A stretch of 64,000 nt of DNA from Acidobacteriota bacterium (GTDB lineage Bacteria > Acidobacteriota > UBA6911), in NCBI GenBank assembly GCA_963664705.1, contig OY761556.1, positions 4,512,001-4,576,000 of the forward strand, read 5' to 3'. A program made the translations under genes and the position numbers. The notes under the pieces were generated by a model, which was not told the origin of the DNA, did not search any database, and saw nothing but the letters and a program-made list of their open reading frames with translations. Shown piece by piece: positions 60,168 to 64,000 of the stretch; positions within the stretch are counted from its first letter, which is position 1; the number at the start of each line of letters is the position of its first letter.

Positions 60168-61136
60168 TTAGAAAACTCCATTTCCTTTGAGAATAAGAAC
60201 AATCAACAGCTGAACCAGGCTGACGGGAGCCAGGTATTTCCAACTGAAACTAACGATCTGGTCGATGCGGATTCGAGCGAATGCAGCACGGACAACGCTG
60301 AGCAGGAACACGATGAACGCGGTTTTGATCAATAGCTGTAAACCACCCAGCAAGATCCCCCCGGGAAAGCCGCCGAGAAATAAAGCGGCGATGAAGGCGG
60401 ATCCGACCAGCATCAGAATGTCTTTCTGGATTCGGAACATCGCCAGCTTCTTTCCGCTGTATTCGGTCAAAGGTCCGCCGACAACTTCCGTCTCGGCTTC
60501 CGGGATATCAAAGGGAACGCGCTCCAGTTTTGCCTGCAGGGTCAGCAGCGCAACCACGAAGGCAAGCACCTGAAGCAGAATGACCCACCAGGCTCCGCTC
60601 GTCCACGGGTATACCGCAATTGCCTGTATCTTCCAGCTGCCGGCCACCACCGCCGGCGTCAGCAAGGCCAGGAAAAATGGCACTTCATAGGCAAAGAGCT
60701 GTGTGAGCACGCGGGTCGCCCCGATCAGGCTGAAAGGGCTGACAGAAAACCAGCCCGCCAGGAAAAGCACCAGGGTCGGGATGGAAAGCAAGTACAGTAC
60801 GACGACCAGATCGCCCTCGAATGAGTTATAGGGAGTAAACATCCAGACGGGGATGTACAACCCGGCCGTAATCACCGCCGCAAGCCCCAGAATCGGCATG
60901 AAGCTGAACATGAACCGGTCAGCGCTCGCCGGGACAATATCTTCCTTGAAGAAAAGCTTGAAAATATCGGCCACCGGCTGCAGGACGCCATTGGGGCCCG
61001 TGTAGAGCGGCCCACGCCGGTTCTGCATGCGCGCATAGAACTTCCGGTCCATCCATTCCAGGTATGTCGAAAAGACGCACTGGAAGAGAAAACCGGGAAA
61101 TACCAGGATATACAGTAGCGGTTTAATGACTTCCAT
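60168..61136 (-). CDS. Membrane subunit (NuoH/EchB/MbhM-like)
   Basis: RK..AR.Q.R.GP, QP.AD..KL..KE, R.PFD.PEAE.E...G...EYSG. Confidence 0.92.
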   Translation of the reverse strand: MEVIKPLLYILVFPGFLFQCVFSTYLEWMDRKFYARMQNRRGPLYTGPNGVLQPVADIFKLFFKEDIVPASADRFMFSFMPILGLAAVITAGLYIPVWMFTPYNSFEGDLVVVLYLLSIPTLVLFLAGWFSVSPFSLIGATRVLTQLFAYEVPFFLALLTPAVVAGSWKIQAIAVYPWTSGAWWVILLQVLAFVVALLTLQAKLERVPFDIPEAETEVVGGPLTEYSGKKLAMFRIQKDILMLVGSAFIAALFLGGFPGGILLGGLQLLIKTAFIVFLLSVVRAAFARIRIDQIVSFSWKYLAPVSLVQLLIVLILKGNGVF

Positions 61137-61151
61137 TGATTTCCCCCAGGA

Positions 61152-62351
61152 TCAGAAACGGATCCCCTTGTTCTTGCCGTACCAATCGATCCCGTAGCGG
61201 CGCAGTTCTTCCCAGGTCGATATCCGGGTGCCCCTCTTACGGTCGTGAAGCACGATCGCCATCCGGTCGGTGCATGAGAAGCACGGATCGATGGAAGCGA
61301 TCGCGATCGGGATGTCTGCCACATACGCCCCAATAACCGACTCGGTCGCCGCTTCCAGATTCGCCATCGTGGGGGCGCGCACGCGGACGCGCTCCGGCTT
61401 GTCCGTGCCGTTGCCGCGCACGAAATGGACATCTTCGCCTCGCGGCGCCTCATAGCGGCTGACGGCCACGCCGGCGGGAGCTTTGCGCGGCACTTTCGCC
61501 GCCACGATATCCCCTTCCGGAAGATTCGTCAGCATCTGTTCAATCATCTTGCAGGATTCCACGATCTCGAGAACGCGCACAATCACGCGGCCATAAATGT
61601 CGCATGAATCGGCCGTGATCACCTTGAACTCCAGATCCTTGTATGCCCCATAAGGGTCATCGCGGCGGACATCGGTATCGACGCCGCTGGCGCGGGCAAA
61701 GGGACCCACCGCACACATTTCCGCAGCTCTTTTGGCCGGCAGCATTCCGACGCCTTTGATGCGGCCGACAAAGCTGGACTCGGTCGTGCCGATCTGCGCA
61801 TAGTAATCAAGCCGTTTTTTCAATACATCGAGCAGATTCAGGATCTTCTTCCGCTGCTCATCCGTCAGATCGCGACGCACGCCGCCGATCGTATTGATCG
61901 CATAGTTAACGCGATTTCCGCTGATCTCTTCCAGGATATCCATTACAAGCTCACGATCGCGCCATACGAGCATGAACATGGAATCGAAGCCAACTTCATG
62001 GGCCGCAACGCCGAGCCAGAGCAGGTGACTGTGCAGCCGCTCCAGTTCGCATACCAGTGTTCGCAGGTAGAGCCCGCGCTTCGGCACTTCCAGGCTCATG
62101 ACTTCTTCTACTGCCTGAACAAATGCCGTCGTATGCGAATGCGAGCAAATTCCGCAAATGCGCTCCAGGAGGTAAAGGCATTGGTAGTAGTTCCGGTTCT
62201 CACAAGCCTTCTCAATTCCGCGATGGTTGTACCCGATGTTCATCTGGGCACCAACGATCTCCTCGCCGTTGATATCGAAATTAAACATTGCCGGTTCTTT
62301 CAGCAACGGGTGCTGGGGACCTATCGGAATGCGGAAAGTCGAATCATCCAT
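61152..62351 (-). CDS. Group 4 [NiFe]-hydrogenase large subunit
   Basis: GPQHP, HRG.E, L1 motif ERICGICSHSH, EAPRGE, L2 motif DPCFSCTDR plus a C-terminal extension. Confidence 0.95.
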   Translation of the reverse strand: MDDSTFRIPIGPQHPLLKEPAMFNFDINGEEIVGAQMNIGYNHRGIEKACENRNYYQCLYLLERICGICSHSHTTAFVQAVEEVMSLEVPKRGLYLRTLVCELERLHSHLLWLGVAAHEVGFDSMFMLVWRDRELVMDILEEISGNRVNYAINTIGGVRRDLTDEQRKKILNLLDVLKKRLDYYAQIGTTESSFVGRIKGVGMLPAKRAAEMCAVGPFARASGVDTDVRRDDPYGAYKDLEFKVITADSCDIYGRVIVRVLEIVESCKMIEQMLTNLPEGDIVAAKVPRKAPAGVAVSRYEAPRGEDVHFVRGNGTDKPERVRVRAPTMANLEAATESVIGAYVADIPIAIASIDPCFSCTDRMAIVLHDRKRGTRISTWEELRRYGIDWYGKNKGIRF

Positions 62352-62352
62352 A

Positions 62353-62814
62353 TTACTTTGCCTCCTGTGTGATCACTTCGCCTTGCCGGTCAAATTGCAC
62401 ATCTTTGCGCAGGGGATAAACGCCCACCGGCCAGTCTTCGGGAACGGCCTGCCGCCTGAGATCAGGATGTCCCACAGGAATGATGCCGAACAGGTCTTTC
62501 AGTTCGCGTTCATATACCATGGCTCCGGGAATCATTGTGGCAAGCGAGGGAACTTCGGGGTTTTCCCTGTTGATCCGAACCTGCAGCACTACCACTTTGG
62601 GACCTGTAAAAACATAGTTGCCCAGGAAGGCATCGCGCACATCCTCGCCGACAATGACCGCCAACTGGATAATGGAAAGCTTATCGCGCAGCGTATCGAC
62701 GGCCGGTATCAGTTCTTCCGGAGTCAGCGCAACCCACAGGCGGCCGTTGGACCCGAGCGTCACCTGCGAATTCGGAAACGCTTCTCTCAGCCTTGCTTCA
62801 AAATCCTCTGTCAT
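62353..62814 (-). CDS. NuoC/MbhK-like subunit
   Basis: PS.......A..YERE..DLFGI...GHP..R, YPLRKD. Confidence 0.9.
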   Translation of the reverse strand: MTEDFEARLREAFPNSQVTLGSNGRLWVALTPEELIPAVDTLRDKLSIIQLAVIVGEDVRDAFLGNYVFTGPKVVVLQVRINRENPEVPSLATMIPGAMVYERELKDLFGIIPVGHPDLRRQAVPEDWPVGVYPLRKDVQFDRQGEVITQEAK

Positions 62815-62828
62815 GGACAAACCTCCCT

Positions 62829-63263
62829 CTAGGCGCTTTTCTTCTGCAGGCTGCCAAGCAGCTTGGCAACGCCGTCGATAATCGCTTCCGGCTTCACCGG
62901 GCATCCGGGAATGTACGCAGAAACCGGAACAACCTGGTCAATTCCTTCCAGGACATTATAGCAGCCGCGGAATGCTCCCCCACTGGAGGCACAAGCACCG
63001 ACCGCAACCACAAATTTCGGTTCCGGCATCTGGTCGTAAATGCGACGGAGGCGCTGGGCCATCTGTTTTGTCACCGGCCCGCTGCAGACAAGAACGTCGG
63101 CATGTCGCGGAGAGGCCTTCAACAGAACTCCGAACCGCTCCAGATCATAATGGGGCATCAATGCCGCGAGAATTTCGATATCGCAGGCATTACAGGCGCC
63201 CGAATTGAAGTGCAGAATCCAGGGGGATTTTACCCTGGCCCAAGTCTTTAGTTTATCCAGCAT
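62829..63263 (-). CDS. Group 4 hydrogenase small subunit (NuoB/EchC/MbhJ-like)
   Basis: GACNACDIE, PRHAD, PK.V.A.G.C, PGCP. Confidence 0.93.
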   Translation of the reverse strand: MLDKLKTWARVKSPWILHFNSGACNACDIEILAALMPHYDLERFGVLLKASPRHADVLVCSGPVTKQMAQRLRRIYDQMPEPKFVVAVGACASSGGAFRGCYNVLEGIDQVVPVSAYIPGCPVKPEAIIDGVAKLLGSLQKKSA

Positions 63264-63303
63264 ATGGCACCCTGACGGGTCTGGAGACCCGTCCCGCAAT
63301 TTG

Positions 63304-63636
63304 TTAGTCAAAATCCACGTACAGACAGGAAATGGAAGCCGCGATCACCACAAGGTACAGCATGGCCCGATACGCGCTTGCACCGCCCGGCACGGTGGCA
63401 ACGGTAAGCACCGCCACGTGCATGATGGTAAAGAAAATGGCCGCAATATAGAATTTTCGATATCCGAACTCGGATTTCTCAGCCTCGTAATTTTCGCCGC
63501 ACGCATACGGCTCATACTTTCCCTTTACCGGAGTGGCTTTCTCTTCCACCAGGCGACCGAAACCATACACAGCCGCACTAATGGCGAGACAGATCAGGAA
63601 AGCAACCGGAGGCGCCAATAATATAGATAAGTTCAT
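63304..63636 (-). CDS. NuoA-like membrane subunit
   Basis: 3 TMs; K.EPYACGE loop; FY..A.FF. Confidence 0.78.
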   Translation of the reverse strand: MNLSILLAPPVAFLICLAISAAVYGFGRLVEEKATPVKGKYEPYACGENYEAEKSEFGYRKFYIAAIFFTIMHVAVLTVATVPGGASAYRAMLYLVVIAASISCLYVDFD

Positions 63637-63638
63637 GG

Positions 63639-63947
63639 TTAACCCCTTAGCTTCGAAAGGTTCCGAATGTCCAGCGACCCGTAGATCTTATGAGCGCGGA
63701 CCGCCAGTGCAAGCATTATGGCCGCCAGCACGGTTTCGACAATAATGAACGTCACGAGCAGCGATTGGATGAACCCAATATCCTGCCGATGGATCCCGGC
63801 TGCGAGAAACAGGAGCGTCACTCCCTTGGCAACAACTTCGACGGCAATGATCAAGCGCAACAGGTTCCGGTACAGGATGAGCATGTACACGCCTATCATC
63901 ATGATCAGCAGCCCGCAACTCATAAGAAGAAAGACTTCATTACTCAT
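63639..63947 (-). CDS. NuoK/MnhC-like membrane subunit
   Basis: G.Y......NL..LII..E, I..E......LA......YG..D...L. Confidence 0.8.
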   Translation of the reverse strand: MSNEVFLLMSCGLLIMMIGVYMLILYRNLLRLIIAVEVVAKGVTLLFLAAGIHRQDIGFIQSLLVTFIIVETVLAAIMLALAVRAHKIYGSLDIRNLSKLRG

Positions 63948-64000
63948 GTTTCTTCTCCTTTCCCGGGACTCGGGACTGGGCCATCATGGCAATGGATTTG
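63940..64000 (-). CDS. 3' end of the upstream operon gene (partial)
   Basis: Frame ...KSIAMMAQSRVPGKEKKHE* overlaps the NuoK-like start. Confidence 0.4.
   Translation of the reverse strand, partial: KSIAMMAQSRVPGKEKKHE

Noticed and set aside
61152-62351. Selenocysteine ([NiFeSe]) hydrogenase, given the nearby yqeB
   Set aside because: All four Ni ligands are Cys and the ORF has no in-frame TGA.
1-64000. tRNA/rRNA genes, prophage or defence systems
   Set aside because: No cloverleaf or rRNA-like stretches and no phage or defence hallmark proteins recognised by eye.

Overview
Bacterial chromosomal window, probably from an anaerobic or facultative organism (Acidobacteriota-like gene style; the taxonomy is inference). 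1-20.5 kb: one minus-strand Wzx/Wzy exopolysaccharide operon (Wza, Wzz/GumC, ExeA-LysM ATPase, degenerate BY-kinase, nucleotidyltransferase, two DegT aminotransferases, priming sugar transferase fused to a degenerate GGDEF domain, two GT4s, fcl/gmd, Wzx, Wzy, propeller protein). 21-48 kb: mixed metabolic genes (CoA transferases, enoyl-CoA hydratases, CoA ligase, MFS/DMT transporters, two unannotated desulforedoxin-like microproteins, Tat-signal hydroxy-acid oxidase, PilT), a frameshifted IS3 element and a dispersed intergenic repeat RTGGGTGTCCACAAA. 48-59 kb: crcB/DUF190, a secreted FG-GAP protein ending in RGPP directly upstream of two tatA genes, YqeB, hexaheme cytochrome c, MoeA, and DUF2239 with a palindromic operator. 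59-64 kb: part of a group 4 membrane-bound [NiFe]-hydrogenase operon. Best novelty candidates: a possible RGPP ribosome-arrest leader controlling tatA, and a priming glycosyltransferase carrying a probable c-di-GMP-receptor domain. All functional calls come from motif recognition, not database searches.
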